A DNA stretch of 64,000 nt from an uncultured delta proteobacterium. Its GTDB lineage: Bacteria > Myxococcota_A > Polyangia > Polyangiales > Polyangiaceae. The DNA is taken from positions 1,782,844 to 1,846,843 of the forward strand of contig CAWJCS010000005.1 in assembly GCA_963841435.1 (NCBI GenBank), read 5' to 3'. Each line of letters starts with the position of its first letter. Within the stretch, counting starts at the first letter, position 1. The notes below the pieces were generated by a model. That model searched no databases and was not told the origin of the DNA. It was given only the letters and a program-made list of their open reading frames with translations. The position numbers and the translations under genes were made by a program. Positions 21,352-31,526 of the stretch are shown here, piece after piece.

Positions 21352-23286
21352 ATGGGTGAGCAGGCGTTATCGGCGGTGACGGGTCGTATGTGCTGGGTGC
21401 CGTACCCGGAGCTCCAGAGGATCCGGGCGAGCCAGGTGGACCGTGTGGCGCGAGCAGCGCTCTTCGCGGACGCCTGTCGCCTCAACGCGCTCTACATGAT
21501 CGCGCGCGCCGGGTCGGGGCACATCGGGAGCTCCTTCTCGAGCCTCGATCTGGTCTCGTGGCTGCACTTAGAGGAGCTCCCGCGAGCGGGAGATCCCCCT
21601 GGAAACCTGTATTTTTCCTCGAAGGGGCACGATGCCCCGGGCCTGTATGCCGTGTTGCTCGGCCTCGGTCAGCTGCCCTTCGAGAACCTGCATGCCTTGC
21701 GCCGGCTCGGCGGTTTGCCCGGCCATCCCAACGTCGGCACCCCGGGCATGCCCTTCAACACGGGTTCGCTCGGGATGGGGATCTCCAAAGCGAAGGGGCT
21801 CGCCCTGGCACGTCGTCAACGGGGGCTCGGCGGGCGGATCTACGTGCTCACCGGCGACGGCGAGCTCCAGGAAGGCCAGATCTGGGAGGCGTTGCTCTCG
21901 GCGCCCCGCTCACGGCTCGAAGAGATCACCGTCCTCGTGGATCACAATAAGCTGCAGTCCGACGCTTTCGTCGAGCGAACGAGCCCGCTCGGCGATCTCA
22001 CCGGCAAGCTCGAGAGCTTCGGCGCCTGGGTCGCGCGCGTGGATGGGCACGATCTCGGAGCGTTCGCGGCGACGCTCGAGAGGGCGCGCTCACAGCGCGG
22101 GCGGTTGAAGGTGATCGTGGCCGACACCGTGAAGGGCCGCGGCGTTTCCTTCATGGAGCACACGAGCTCCGATTCGGACGTCACGCACTACCGCTTCCAT
22201 TCGGGCGCTCCAGACGCCGAGTCGTACGCTCTCGCTGTCGAGGAGCTCTCCGAGCGCTTGGCGCGCCGCGCCGATGCGCTGCGTCTGCCGCGCCCGTGCC
22301 TCGAGTGGGTCGAGCGGCCGTCACTCCCCTCGGGGCCGCCGCCGCGCGACGCGCTGATCCCCGCCTACGCCGCCGCGCTCGTCAACGTGATGGAGAGGTT
22401 TCCCAACGTCGTCGCCCTGGACGCGGATCTCGCCCACGACACGGGTCAGTCGCCGGTGCGCGAGCGCTTTCCCGGGCGGTGCCACGAATGCGGCATCGCC
22501 GAGATGGACATGGTGAGCATGGCGGGCGGCATGGCGCGCGCCGCACTCGTGCCCATCTGCCACTCTTTCGCGTGCTTCCTTTCGACGCGCCCCAACGAGC
22601 AAATCTACAACAACGCTACCGAGCGAACCAAGGTCGTGTACGTCGCGTCGCTCGCCGGGCTCCTGCCCGCGGGGCCCGGACACTCGCACCAGAGCGTTCG
22701 CGACATCTCGGCGCTCCGCGCCATCCCGGACCTCGTGCTCGTGGCGCCGAGCTCGGCCGCCGAGGTCCTTCTGGCCCTCGAATGGTGCGTGGCCCGGCCG
22801 TCGGGAAGCAGCGTGTTGCGGCTCGAGAGCGTCCCGTGCTCGGTGCCGTTCGCACTCCCGGCGGACTACGAGCTGCGCGAGGGCATCGGCGTCTCGCTGC
22901 GGCCGGGGCGTGACGCGCTCGTCGTCGGCTACGGTCCGCTCTTGCTTTCGGCCGCGGTGCACGCCGCGGAGAAGCTCGGCGAGCAAGGGCTCTCGATCGG
23001 CGTCGTGAATCTGCCGTGGCTCAATCGCGTGGACCGCGCCTGGCTCGCGAGGATCGCGGAGAGCACGCCCCATCTTTTCACGCTCGACAATCACTTCGTC
23101 GACGGCGGTCAGGGCGAAATGATCGCGGCCCAGCTCTCGGAGCTCGGCTTCGAGCGACCGCCGCGCCTCCGGCGCTTCGGCGTCGAGGGTATCCCGGCGT
23201 GCGGCGCGAACGACGAGGTGCTCCGCCATCACGCGCTCGATGCCGACAGCCTCGCCGAGCGGATGCTCGCGGCGCTTCGTGGCTAA
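21352..23286 (+). CDS. Transketolase-like enzyme (fused N and C domains)
   Basis: 'SGHIGSS', 'SKGH', 'GSLGMG', 'GDGELQEG', 'GIAEMDM', 'HSHQ'. Confidence 0.88.
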   Translation: MGEQALSAVTGRMCWVPYPELQRIRASQVDRVARAALFADACRLNALYMIARAGSGHIGSSFSSLDLVSWLHLEELPRAGDPPGNLYFSSKGHDAPGLYAVLLGLGQLPFENLHALRRLGGLPGHPNVGTPGMPFNTGSLGMGISKAKGLALARRQRGLGGRIYVLTGDGELQEGQIWEALLSAPRSRLEEITVLVDHNKLQSDAFVERTSPLGDLTGKLESFGAWVARVDGHDLGAFAATLERARSQRGRLKVIVADTVKGRGVSFMEHTSSDSDVTHYRFHSGAPDAESYALAVEELSERLARRADALRLPRPCLEWVERPSLPSGPPPRDALIPAYAAALVNVMERFPNVVALDADLAHDTGQSPVRERFPGRCHECGIAEMDMVSMAGGMARAALVPICHSFACFLSTRPNEQIYNNATERTKVVYVASLAGLLPAGPGHSHQSVRDISALRAIPDLVLVAPSSAAEVLLALEWCVARPSGSSVLRLESVPCSVPFALPADYELREGIGVSLRPGRDALVVGYGPLLLSAAVHAAEKLGEQGLSIGVVNLPWLNRVDRAWLARIAESTPHLFTLDNHFVDGGQGEMIAAQLSELGFERPPRLRRFGVEGIPACGANDEVLRHHALDADSLAERMLAALRG

Positions 23287-23522
23287 ACGCACCCCGCTCG
23301 CCTCCGCGTGCGGCAACGCCCTGCCGCCCTCGTTCCCTCCCAACTGCGGCGCGCGACCTCGACTTTCGGCGTGCCGCGGCGCCCAGAACCCACTCCGTCT
23401 CCGTTTTCGAGGTGCCGCGAGCCAAAGGTAAGGTGGTGTAGGGGCTTCTGCCGCTTTCGTGGCTTCCCGGTGCGGGGCTTGACCGCGCGCCGAGCGGACC
23501 GGCACCATGACGAATCCCGAGC

Positions 23523-24920
23523 ATGGGTGCTCGCATTTTGGTTGTCAACGACAGCCCGACCATTCGCAAGGTCGTGGGCTCGATCCTTTCGGCACGGGAT
23601 TACGAGCCCGTGCTCGCCGAGGACGGCCAAGCTGCGCTCGAGCTCCTGCAGGACCAGAGGGTCGACCTCGTCCTGCTCGACTTCGTGATGCCGCGCATGA
23701 ACGGCTACCAGTTCTGCCGCGAGCTCCGCGCCAACCCCGAGCTCAGGAACCTGCCCGTCGTGCTGATGAGCGCCAAGGGCGACAAGATCCGGGGGCACTT
23801 CGTCGAGCAGACGGGCGCCACCGACGCGATCACCAAGCCCTTCGATGCGCGCGGCCTCGTGGCCGTCGTCGAGGGGGCGCTCAAGCGTCAGGAGGAGGGC
23901 CGGGCGGGTCCCGTGCCCGACGCCGAGGCGATGCCGGCCGACGACGCCGAGCTTCTCGAGGACCTGCGGACGAGCCGGACGAGCCTGAGCGACAATCCCG
24001 CCTTGCGGCGCGTGCAGGCGGCGCAGGAGTTCGCCGGCGCGGTGGAGCGCGTGGTGTTCGCCGAGCTCAAGAAGCTCAAGACGCCAAAGGGAGCGGACGA
24101 CGTGCTCAAGACCGCCATCGAGCGCGCCATCCGTCCCGAAACGATGAGCGCGCTCGCGACCCTGCTCCGGGCACTCAGCTACGGTGAAAACACGCGGGAA
24201 GTGCTGGCCGGCGACGTGAGCGTCGTTTCGATCGCCGAGGTGCTGCAGCTCCTGGATCTGCAGCGGCAGTCGGGCGCCGTCAGCGTATTTACCCGCGACG
24301 CGGAGATCACGTTGTACCTGCGCAGCGGCCGCATCGACTTTGCCGCCTGGCGCGGGCTTCGGCACGAATTCTTGATTGGACGCTACCTCGTGGAGGACGG
24401 CGCCATCACCGGGGACCAGCTCCAGACCGTCGTCGAAAGTCAGGCCGCCACGAAGCGGTTGCTCGGCGAGGCCCTCGAGGAGCTCGGTTTCGTCGGCGCG
24501 GAAACCGTAAAGAGAGCACTCACCCGCCAAACGTCCGAGCTCGTTTACGAGGTGGTGCGCTGGAAGTCGGGGCGGTTCTCGTTCACGGTCGGCGCGGAGC
24601 ACCCGGCCGCCAGCAAAGCGGCGCTCAGCATGGAGACGAGCGGGCTCGTCATGGAGGGCTTTCGGCGCGTCAACGAGTGGCGGCTCATCGAGGGGTCGTT
24701 CGACTTCGACGACGTGCTCTACCCCGACCCCGGCACGATCGAGCGGCTCAGCCAGGAGATGCGCCTCACGGGGCGCGAGCGCGCCGTGCTCGCCGGCATC
24801 GATGGCGAGAAGAGCATCCGCGAGCTCGTGAACGAGGTGCCGGGGAGCTCGTTCGAAGTGTGCAAAATCCTCTATCAATTCCTCAATTCACGCCTCGTGC
24901 GGCGGAAGACGGCCGCATGA
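23523..24920 (+). CDS. Response regulator with DUF4388 domain
   Basis: Receiver 'LLDFVMPRMNG..ITKPF'; 'LAGDV....IAEVLQLL....QSG'. Confidence 0.85.
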   Translation: MGARILVVNDSPTIRKVVGSILSARDYEPVLAEDGQAALELLQDQRVDLVLLDFVMPRMNGYQFCRELRANPELRNLPVVLMSAKGDKIRGHFVEQTGATDAITKPFDARGLVAVVEGALKRQEEGRAGPVPDAEAMPADDAELLEDLRTSRTSLSDNPALRRVQAAQEFAGAVERVVFAELKKLKTPKGADDVLKTAIERAIRPETMSALATLLRALSYGENTREVLAGDVSVVSIAEVLQLLDLQRQSGAVSVFTRDAEITLYLRSGRIDFAAWRGLRHEFLIGRYLVEDGAITGDQLQTVVESQAATKRLLGEALEELGFVGAETVKRALTRQTSELVYEVVRWKSGRFSFTVGAEHPAASKAALSMETSGLVMEGFRRVNEWRLIEGSFDFDDVLYPDPGTIERLSQEMRLTGRERAVLAGIDGEKSIRELVNEVPGSSFEVCKILYQFLNSRLVRRKTAA

Positions 24921-25288
24921 CGACGCGAGCCGGCATTCTGCTGCGCGCGGGAGGCGAGCTCGGGTTCGTTCCCGCCAACGTCGCGCGTCAGGTCGTGCCG
25001 TTGCCGACGTTGAGCAGCGTCGCCAACACGCCGCTCGCCATGGCCATCGTGGGCGGCCAGGTGGTGCCCGTCGTGGCGCTCGGCACGGCGCGCAGCGCGC
25101 TCGTGCTCTGCGACATCGACGGTGAGATCGTCGGGTTCTCGGGGCTCGAGGTGGACCGCGTGGGACTTTTCGAAGCAGCCGAGGGCGGCGTGACGTATCA
25201 AGACCGCGTCGTGCACGATCTCGAGCTCGAGGCCGCGCTCCGCAGCCTCGAACAGGCGCTCGAGCCGCGCATCGGAGAGCCCGGATGA
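24917..25288 (+). CDS. CheW-like protein
   Basis: 'VGGQVVPVVAL'; operon context. Confidence 0.55.
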   Translation: MTTRAGILLRAGGELGFVPANVARQVVPLPTLSSVANTPLAMAIVGGQVVPVVALGTARSALVLCDIDGEIVGFSGLEVDRVGLFEAAEGGVTYQDRVVHDLELEAALRSLEQALEPRIGEPG

Positions 25289-25983
25289 CCGTGACCGTGG
25301 ACGATGCAGCCGTCGTGGCGGCGCTCGACGCCGTGCGCCAGGCGCTCGCGCAGGCGAGCGTCGTGCTCGAGAATGCGACGACGGGCGTGACGCGCGAGCA
25401 GGCGCAGCTCGAGGCCGTGAGCGACGCCGCTCGCGCCTTGCCGGGCCGCGGTCGCGACGTTCGTGCGAGCCTGCAGCTCATCCACGAGTCGCTCGAGCGC
25501 GCCAAGCTCGGCGCCCTGAACGCGGGGCTCGAGGCGGCGCGCGTCGGCGAACCGCTCGGGCAGGTGGTCATGCAGCTTTCTGCGGATCAGCGCGATCTCG
25601 TGAGCCGCGCGCTCGATTCACTCGAGGCACACGCCGCGCTGCTCTCGGAGGTCGAACGTGACCGAGATCGCTGGCTCGACGGCGTGACGACGGCACGCGA
25701 CGCCGCCGCCGCGGTCGCCGAGCAGCTCGGCGGCCTGTCGCAGCATCACCAGGAAGCCATGAGCGGTCTGCTTCGCCTCGAGCACGACCTTGGCCCCGTG
25801 CTCGGGACCGATCCGGCGACGGCGCGTCTGCTGCTCGGGCTCGCCGAGCAAGTCGAAAAGCTCGGCGCTACGATCGGCGCGCTGTCCGAGCACGCCGATC
25901 CCCGCACCGCCGAACGCTTGCGCCAGGCGCTCACGCCGCTCATGCGAGCGCTCGGGGAGGAGCCCAGGCAGGGCGGCCCGTGA
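25285..25983 (+). CDS. Soluble MCP-signalling-domain-like protein
   Basis: 'KLGALNAGLEAARVGE' degenerate MCP hairpin tip; no TM segment. Confidence 0.7.
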   Translation: MTVTVDDAAVVAALDAVRQALAQASVVLENATTGVTREQAQLEAVSDAARALPGRGRDVRASLQLIHESLERAKLGALNAGLEAARVGEPLGQVVMQLSADQRDLVSRALDSLEAHAALLSEVERDRDRWLDGVTTARDAAAAVAEQLGGLSQHHQEAMSGLLRLEHDLGPVLGTDPATARLLLGLAEQVEKLGATIGALSEHADPRTAERLRQALTPLMRALGEEPRQGGP

Positions 25984-28013
25984 CCGAGCACGACCCCGAG
26001 CTCGATCGCCTGCTGGCCGAGGAAATCGAGCGGAGACTGCCCGCCCTCGCTTCGCCGGAGACCAGCAGCGCTGACTCGCGCGCGGCGCTTCACGGCCTCA
26101 AAGGCTCGGCGGCGATGGCGGGCCACACCGAGCTCGCTCTCGTCGTCGGACAGCTCGGCGAGCGCCTGCGCGAGGGGCGCCCGGGGACGCAAGCCGCGCT
26201 GCTCGACGCGTTCACGACGGTGCTCCAGCGCCTGCGCGCCGGTAAGCCGCCCTTCGCCACGACCTGGCCCGAGCCGCCGCCGCCGCTCGAGCCGAGCCGG
26301 GTCGATCCTCGTTACGCGCTCGAATACCACGCGGCCATGCGTGATCACCTGACGGAGATCGACCGCCTGATCGCCGATGGGAGGCCCGCCGACGAGGTGC
26401 TGCAAAGCGCCCAGCGCACGCTCCACGCCATGAAGGGCGCCGCCGCAGGCGTCGGCGATGACGTCGCGAGCTGGTATTGCCACGGCCTCGAGACGCACCT
26501 CAAACAGGCAACGAGCGAGGGTACGTCGGGGGCCGCCTTGATGCGCCTCTCGCGCGATCGCATCCTGCTCGCGCTGCTGGTGGACGACGGCACCCGGGGC
26601 CTGCAGACGCTGCGAGCAGTGACGGCACGCGGCGCGCCGCGCCGCGCGCTCACGCCGACGCCGAATCCACCCTCGAGCCCGCTTTCGTCCGGGCTCTTCG
26701 CCCGCGTGCAAGACCCAGACGAGCTCGCGCTGCGCGTCGGCCCGGCCACGGTGGATCACCTGCTCGATCGGCTCGACGGCGTCAACGCGATCGGTGACGA
26801 CTTGAGCGCCGCAGCGCTCGCCGCCACGCGCATGAGCGCTCGCCTTTCGTCGCTCAGAGTCACCGTGCTCGACGCCCTGCGCCGCATCGGTCCGGCGCGG
26901 CCCTGGGGCCCGCCGCGTGCCGCGCTCTCGGATCTGGAGGGCGCGGCCGACGCGCTGCGCCGCGCCGTCGTGCGCGCGAACATCGCGGGCGTCACCTTCC
27001 GTGGCGGCGCCGATCTCGTCCGGACGCGAGCGCGGGCGATGCGCGAGGGGCTCACGGCGCTCAGGCGCACCTCGATGGGCTGGGTCTTCGACCGCGTGCG
27101 GCCCGCTGTCCTGCGCTTCGCTGATCAGCAGGGAAAATTGGTGCAAATCGTCGTCTCCGGCGCCGACGTGCCGGTGGATCGCGTCGTCGCCGAGCGGCTC
27201 GTCGAGGCCGTTCTGCAGCTCGCCAAGAACGCCGTCGCCCACGGTATTCAGTCGCCCGAGAAGCGCGAGGCGCTCGGCAGCTCCCGAACGGGGACCATCA
27301 TGCTGCGGGCTGCGCGCGACGGCGGCTGGCTGCGCGTGCAGGTGGAGGACGACGGGCGCGGCGCTGACGTCGAGCGCATTCGTCAAGTCGCGGCCGCGCG
27401 CGGATTCGCGAGTGCGGAATTGCTCGAGCGCAGCGCGGCGCCCGACCTGATGGGGTTGCTGTTGCTTCCCGGCATGACCACCGAGGAGGGCTCGGACGTG
27501 CTCGCCGGGCGCGGCATCGGCCTCGAAGTCGTGCAGGCGACGGCGCGGCGCTTCGGCGGTGCCGTTCGCCTTCACAATCGTGAGGCCGGTGGTCTGGTCG
27601 CGACCCTGGAGCTGCCGAGCGATCAGACCGTCGTCAACGTCCTTTGGATCGAGGAGCGTGGCACGACGTTCGCGTTGCCGGTGAGCTACGCAGGTCGCAT
27701 CGTACTCGAGAGCGAGCCGCGCGGCCCTCGGCTGTCGATGTGCCTCGGGGAGCGCCTGGCGACACGAGCGCGTTTCGAGGTGGAGCTCATGCTCGCCGGC
27801 GTGGGTCCCATTCCCGTCGGCATCGATCGGCTTGGCGGCATCGAGCGCGTCAGCGTGCGGGCGATTCCTCCGCGCGTGGCGGCGGCCGGCCCGTTCGCCG
27901 GGGCCGTCATGCGCGGCGACGGAACGCTGGCGCTCGTTCTGGACGGGCCAGCGCTCGCCGCGCGGGCGCGCGTGCTGGCCCCGCGCCCCCGCGCGAACGC
28001 TGCCAGCGCCTGA
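25980..28013 (+). CDS. cheA: CheA-like histidine kinase with two Hpt domains
   Basis: 'LHGLKGSA', 'LHAMKGAA', 'KNAVAHGI', 'EDDGRG', 'GRGIGL'. Confidence 0.85.
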   Translation: MTEHDPELDRLLAEEIERRLPALASPETSSADSRAALHGLKGSAAMAGHTELALVVGQLGERLREGRPGTQAALLDAFTTVLQRLRAGKPPFATTWPEPPPPLEPSRVDPRYALEYHAAMRDHLTEIDRLIADGRPADEVLQSAQRTLHAMKGAAAGVGDDVASWYCHGLETHLKQATSEGTSGAALMRLSRDRILLALLVDDGTRGLQTLRAVTARGAPRRALTPTPNPPSSPLSSGLFARVQDPDELALRVGPATVDHLLDRLDGVNAIGDDLSAAALAATRMSARLSSLRVTVLDALRRIGPARPWGPPRAALSDLEGAADALRRAVVRANIAGVTFRGGADLVRTRARAMREGLTALRRTSMGWVFDRVRPAVLRFADQQGKLVQIVVSGADVPVDRVVAERLVEAVLQLAKNAVAHGIQSPEKREALGSSRTGTIMLRAARDGGWLRVQVEDDGRGADVERIRQVAAARGFASAELLERSAAPDLMGLLLLPGMTTEEGSDVLAGRGIGLEVVQATARRFGGAVRLHNREAGGLVATLELPSDQTVVNVLWIEERGTTFALPVSYAGRIVLESEPRGPRLSMCLGERLATRARFEVELMLAGVGPIPVGIDRLGGIERVSVRAIPPRVAAAGPFAGAVMRGDGTLALVLDGPALAARARVLAPRPRANAASA

Positions 28014-28091
28014 GCCATTTGGGTTACCATTGGCCGACCGGGGCGGGCTCCGGCGTCGCGCGCCGCCTCGCACATCGGAAGGGGCACCCTC

Positions 28092-29108
28092 ATGTCGAAC
28101 GCAGTCCGTCATTCGCCGTCCGGAATCATCGAATCCCCGCGCGCCGCCGCGCTGATCGTCGCGGGCGCTGCCGGCAAGGGGCCGTACGCCGCCGGCGCGC
28201 TCGCCGTGCTCGCCGGAGACGCTCGCTTCGACGTGCGGACCGTCGTCGGCGCAAGCTCGGGGGCGCTCAACGCGGCCGTCTACGCCGCAGGGTTGCGCGC
28301 GGGTGCGGCGGCGGACGCCGCCGAGCACCTCTGCGAGCTGTGGCGCGATCGAGCGCGCTTCGAGCGCATCCTCGGCCATAAGGCGCGGGTCGGCATCGTG
28401 CTCGACGCGCTGGAGCGGTTCCGTGAGCGGCCTCGCGACCGGGCGGTCAGCCTCGAGGTGGTCGTGGCGTCGCTGCCTGGGACTCGTGATCGCTTCGGTC
28501 ACGTGCGTTTCGAGCGCGCGTTTCGCTTCCACGCCGCGGATTTCGAAGACCGGCGCCGCCTGCGTGACATCGCCGAGACCGCGGTGGCGTCGGCGGCGCT
28601 CCCCGTGCTGTTCGCGCCGCGGCACCTCGCCGGCGAGGGGCCGTTCTGGGACGGCGGCATCGTGAACAACGCGCCGATTGGTCGCGTGCTCAAGAGCGAC
28701 GACGAGATCGACCACGTGATCGTCGTCACGCCCGACGCGCTCGAGCTCGGGGGGGGCTCCTACTCGCGATTTTCGGTTGGGCGCCTGCTCACGATGCTCG
28801 TCGACGAGCGACTGGCGCGCGACCTCTACGAAGCGAAGGCGTTCAACGAAGACCTCGCCGTGCTCGAAGCGAACGGCATACGGCTGCGCGAGCTCGGTGA
28901 CCTCGGGTGGCGGATTCTCGAGCTCATCGAGATCCGCCCCGATCGCACGTTGCCGGGCAATCTGCTGTCGGGGTTCGTATCGAAGCCCCTTCGCGCGACG
29001 TACATCGAGAGCGGCCGACAGGCGGCTGGCCTCGCGCTCGAGCGCTTTCGCCCGCGGGCCCGCACCGCGGCGACCGACGACGCCGAACGGGCCGCGAGCA
29101 CGGGCTGA
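28092..29108 (+). CDS. Patatin-like phospholipase
   Basis: GASSG, 'ASAALP', DGG. Confidence 0.85.
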   Translation: MSNAVRHSPSGIIESPRAAALIVAGAAGKGPYAAGALAVLAGDARFDVRTVVGASSGALNAAVYAAGLRAGAAADAAEHLCELWRDRARFERILGHKARVGIVLDALERFRERPRDRAVSLEVVVASLPGTRDRFGHVRFERAFRFHAADFEDRRRLRDIAETAVASAALPVLFAPRHLAGEGPFWDGGIVNNAPIGRVLKSDDEIDHVIVVTPDALELGGGSYSRFSVGRLLTMLVDERLARDLYEAKAFNEDLAVLEANGIRLRELGDLGWRILELIEIRPDRTLPGNLLSGFVSKPLRATYIESGRQAAGLALERFRPRARTAATDDAERAASTG

Positions 29109-29120
29109 CGCTGCGCGCCG

Positions 29121-29270
29121 CGCCAGGCGCGGCGGGCGCGATGCGGGGTGGAACGTCCGCGGGCCGACGCCGCGCGCCGCGCCGGGCGCGATGCAGGGCG
29201 GAACATCCGCGGGCCGACGCCGCGCGCCGCGCCGGGTGCGATGCGGGGCGGAACGTTCGCCGGCCGACGC
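29121..29270. repeat. Three imperfect tandem copies of a 50-bp GC-rich unit
   Basis: Units at 29121, 29171, 29221: ..GCGCGATGC(A/G)GGG(C/T)GGAAC(A/G)T(C/T)CGC(G/C)GGCCGACGC. Confidence 0.85.
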
Positions 29271-29523
29271 GTGAAGCGGCGCACGGCCACGCCGTACTTT
29301 TCCATCGAGAACAGCGCGCGGCCGTGTGCGGACGCCGTCTCGAGCGCGTGGGCGCCGTCACCCGTCGGTGTGATGGCGAGCCACGCTCGTGAGCAGGAAC
29401 GCGGAACACCCCAAGGTGTCGGCACCGGTCCGCTCACAAGTGGCGGCCGCCATGATATATTCTAGAGTCTTGCCCTTGCTTGCGCCGGTCGTTCTCGACC
29501 GTGCCGACCGAGAAGAACCATCG

Positions 29524-30891
29524 ATGCGCCATCACTCGCTGAGCTATCTGACGAGCGTCGCTCTCTCCCTCGCTGCCTGCGGCGGCGAGGATCCTCCCGC
29601 TGCCGACACCCCCACCACGGGTGGCTCGTCGGGCTCGTCTGCCGCCGGCACGTTGGCGACCGGTGGCACGGCTGCTACGGGCGCTCAGGGTGGCACTTCC
29701 GGAACCGGTACCGGAGGCAGCATCGCCGGTGGATCCGCTGGGAATGGCACGGGCGGCACCTCGACCGCGGGCGGTGGCGGCAGCTCCGGCGCGGGCGCGG
29801 GCGCGGGCAGCGGCGGAAGCGGCGGAAGCGGTGGAAGCGGCGGCACCTTGGCGCCGACCGGCGGCGGCGCCGGCAAGGGCTCCGGCGGCGCGAGCGGTGG
29901 TCAAGCGGGAACGAGCGGCGGCAAAGGTTCGGGAGGCGCTGGCGCGGGCAGTGGCGGTAGCGCGGGATCGGCGGGCAGCGTGGGCGGCGGCGACTGCACG
30001 CCCGTGAACCCGAATGCGACCGAGCAAGCGAAGAAGCTGCTCTGCTACATCCACGGCATCTACGGCGAGAGCGTGCTTTCGGGTCAGCAAGAGACGAGCT
30101 GGGTCAACAATCCCGCCGACGACGTGAACTGGATCAACGGCCAGACCGGCAAGTACCCCGCGATCCTCGGCGGCGACTACCTCTATCCGAACGGCACCAC
30201 GAGCCGCGCCAAGGCCTACTGGGACGCCGGCGGCATCCCGATGATCCGCTATCACATGGGCGCGCCGCCGCTCTCGGACACGTACGACAACTCGAAGGGC
30301 AGCACCGACTACAACGCCGTGCTCACGGCGGGCACCTCCCAGAACAATTCCCTCAACTCGAAGCTCGACTACGTCGCGGGCGAGCTCCAAACGTTGCAGT
30401 CGGCGAACGTCGCCGTGCTCTGGGCTCCCTTCCACGAGGTGCAGCCGAACGGCTGGTTCTGGTGGGCGAAGGGCACGGGCGCACAGTTCGTATCGCTCTG
30501 GAAGTACACGTACGACTATCTAACCAACAAGAAGGGCATCAACAACGTGCTCTGGCTGCTCCCGTTCAGCGGCGATCCGGACGCCTCGTACTTCCCAGGC
30601 AAGGAGTACGTCAACCTCGCAGGCCCGGACACCTACGACCAGGGGCAACCCTTCGCGTCCATCTTCACGCGTTCGGTGGGCATCATCGGTACCACGACCC
30701 CGATCCCCCTTCACGAGACCGGGGTCATCCCCGATCCGGATGCCATGTTCCCGTCGAGCGCTCCCTGGGTCCTTTTCAGCGTGTGGGCCGGCTACGAGAA
30801 GGACACGTCGCAAAACTCGGCCGCGAGCATCAAGGCCACCTACGAAAACGCCCGCACGATCACGCGCGACGAAGTGCCCAACCTCAAATAG
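29524..30891 (+). CDS. GH26 beta-mannanase-like lipoprotein
   Basis: Lipobox LAAC, G/S/T linker, 'LSGQQE', 'WAPFHE', 'WFWW', 'LHETG'. Confidence 0.85.
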   Translation: MRHHSLSYLTSVALSLAACGGEDPPAADTPTTGGSSGSSAAGTLATGGTAATGAQGGTSGTGTGGSIAGGSAGNGTGGTSTAGGGGSSGAGAGAGSGGSGGSGGSGGTLAPTGGGAGKGSGGASGGQAGTSGGKGSGGAGAGSGGSAGSAGSVGGGDCTPVNPNATEQAKKLLCYIHGIYGESVLSGQQETSWVNNPADDVNWINGQTGKYPAILGGDYLYPNGTTSRAKAYWDAGGIPMIRYHMGAPPLSDTYDNSKGSTDYNAVLTAGTSQNNSLNSKLDYVAGELQTLQSANVAVLWAPFHEVQPNGWFWWAKGTGAQFVSLWKYTYDYLTNKKGINNVLWLLPFSGDPDASYFPGKEYVNLAGPDTYDQGQPFASIFTRSVGIIGTTTPIPLHETGVIPDPDAMFPSSAPWVLFSVWAGYEKDTSQNSAASIKATYENARTITRDEVPNLK

Positions 30892-30896
30892 GGAGC

Positions 30897-31466
30897 GTGG
30901 CAGCGCGCGTGAGGCCGCGAACCATCACCGCGATCGTCGCCGCGGGCGCGCTGTGGGCGCTGCTTGCCGTCTGGGTCGCCTGGCGGCCTGGGCGCCCTCT
31001 TTCGGACACCTCGGCAGATGCGTCCGGCGCCGCCAGCGCGCGCGTCACGGCGACGGAACCGGTCGCTTTTCCGAGCGCCGTCCCCCGTCCGGCACCGTGG
31101 CCAGCTGCGGCGTCGGCCCCGAGAGCCGCGGCGTCCGTCGTCGTGCCGGTCGCGAGCGCCGTAACGGAGCTCGACGAGCCGAAGCTCATGGCCGAGCTCC
31201 GGCCGCTCGTGGGCAAGGACCCGGAGCGCGCGCTCGAGCTCGCGCGAAAGGGCGACGCGCGCTTCCCGGACGGACCGGACGCCGCGGAGCGCTCGTGGAT
31301 CGTGGTAAAGTCCCTGACGGACGTGGGGCGCTTCGCGGAAGCGCGCGCCGAAGCGACGCGCATGGTCGCGAGGTTCAGAGGCACGTCGTGGGAAAAGGAC
31401 GTGTTTCACCATGTGCTCGAACAACCCGCTGGTCCCCCGCCGGGTGCGCGCGAAGAAAATCAATAG
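30897..31466 (+). CDS. Hypothetical membrane-anchored protein
   Basis: N-terminal TM, Ala/Pro linker, TPR-like helical C-terminus. Confidence 0.6.
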   Translation: MAARVRPRTITAIVAAGALWALLAVWVAWRPGRPLSDTSADASGAASARVTATEPVAFPSAVPRPAPWPAAASAPRAAASVVVPVASAVTELDEPKLMAELRPLVGKDPERALELARKGDARFPDGPDAAERSWIVVKSLTDVGRFAEARAEATRMVARFRGTSWEKDVFHHVLEQPAGPPPGAREENQ

Positions 31467-31526
31467 GGCCCGGCGAGCGATAGCGCGTGGCGTTCTGAAA
31501 AGGCGCGCTAGATTAGCGAGCCCAAC

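Noticed and set aside
25746-28715. 989-aa minus-strand ORF and similar long shadow ORFs
   Set aside because: Antisense to clear genes; typical high-GC artefacts with Arg/Ala-rich composition
29620-29990. Low-complexity GGC-rich tract (similar at 42120-42300)
   Set aside because: Encodes ordinary Gly/Ser/Thr lipoprotein linkers
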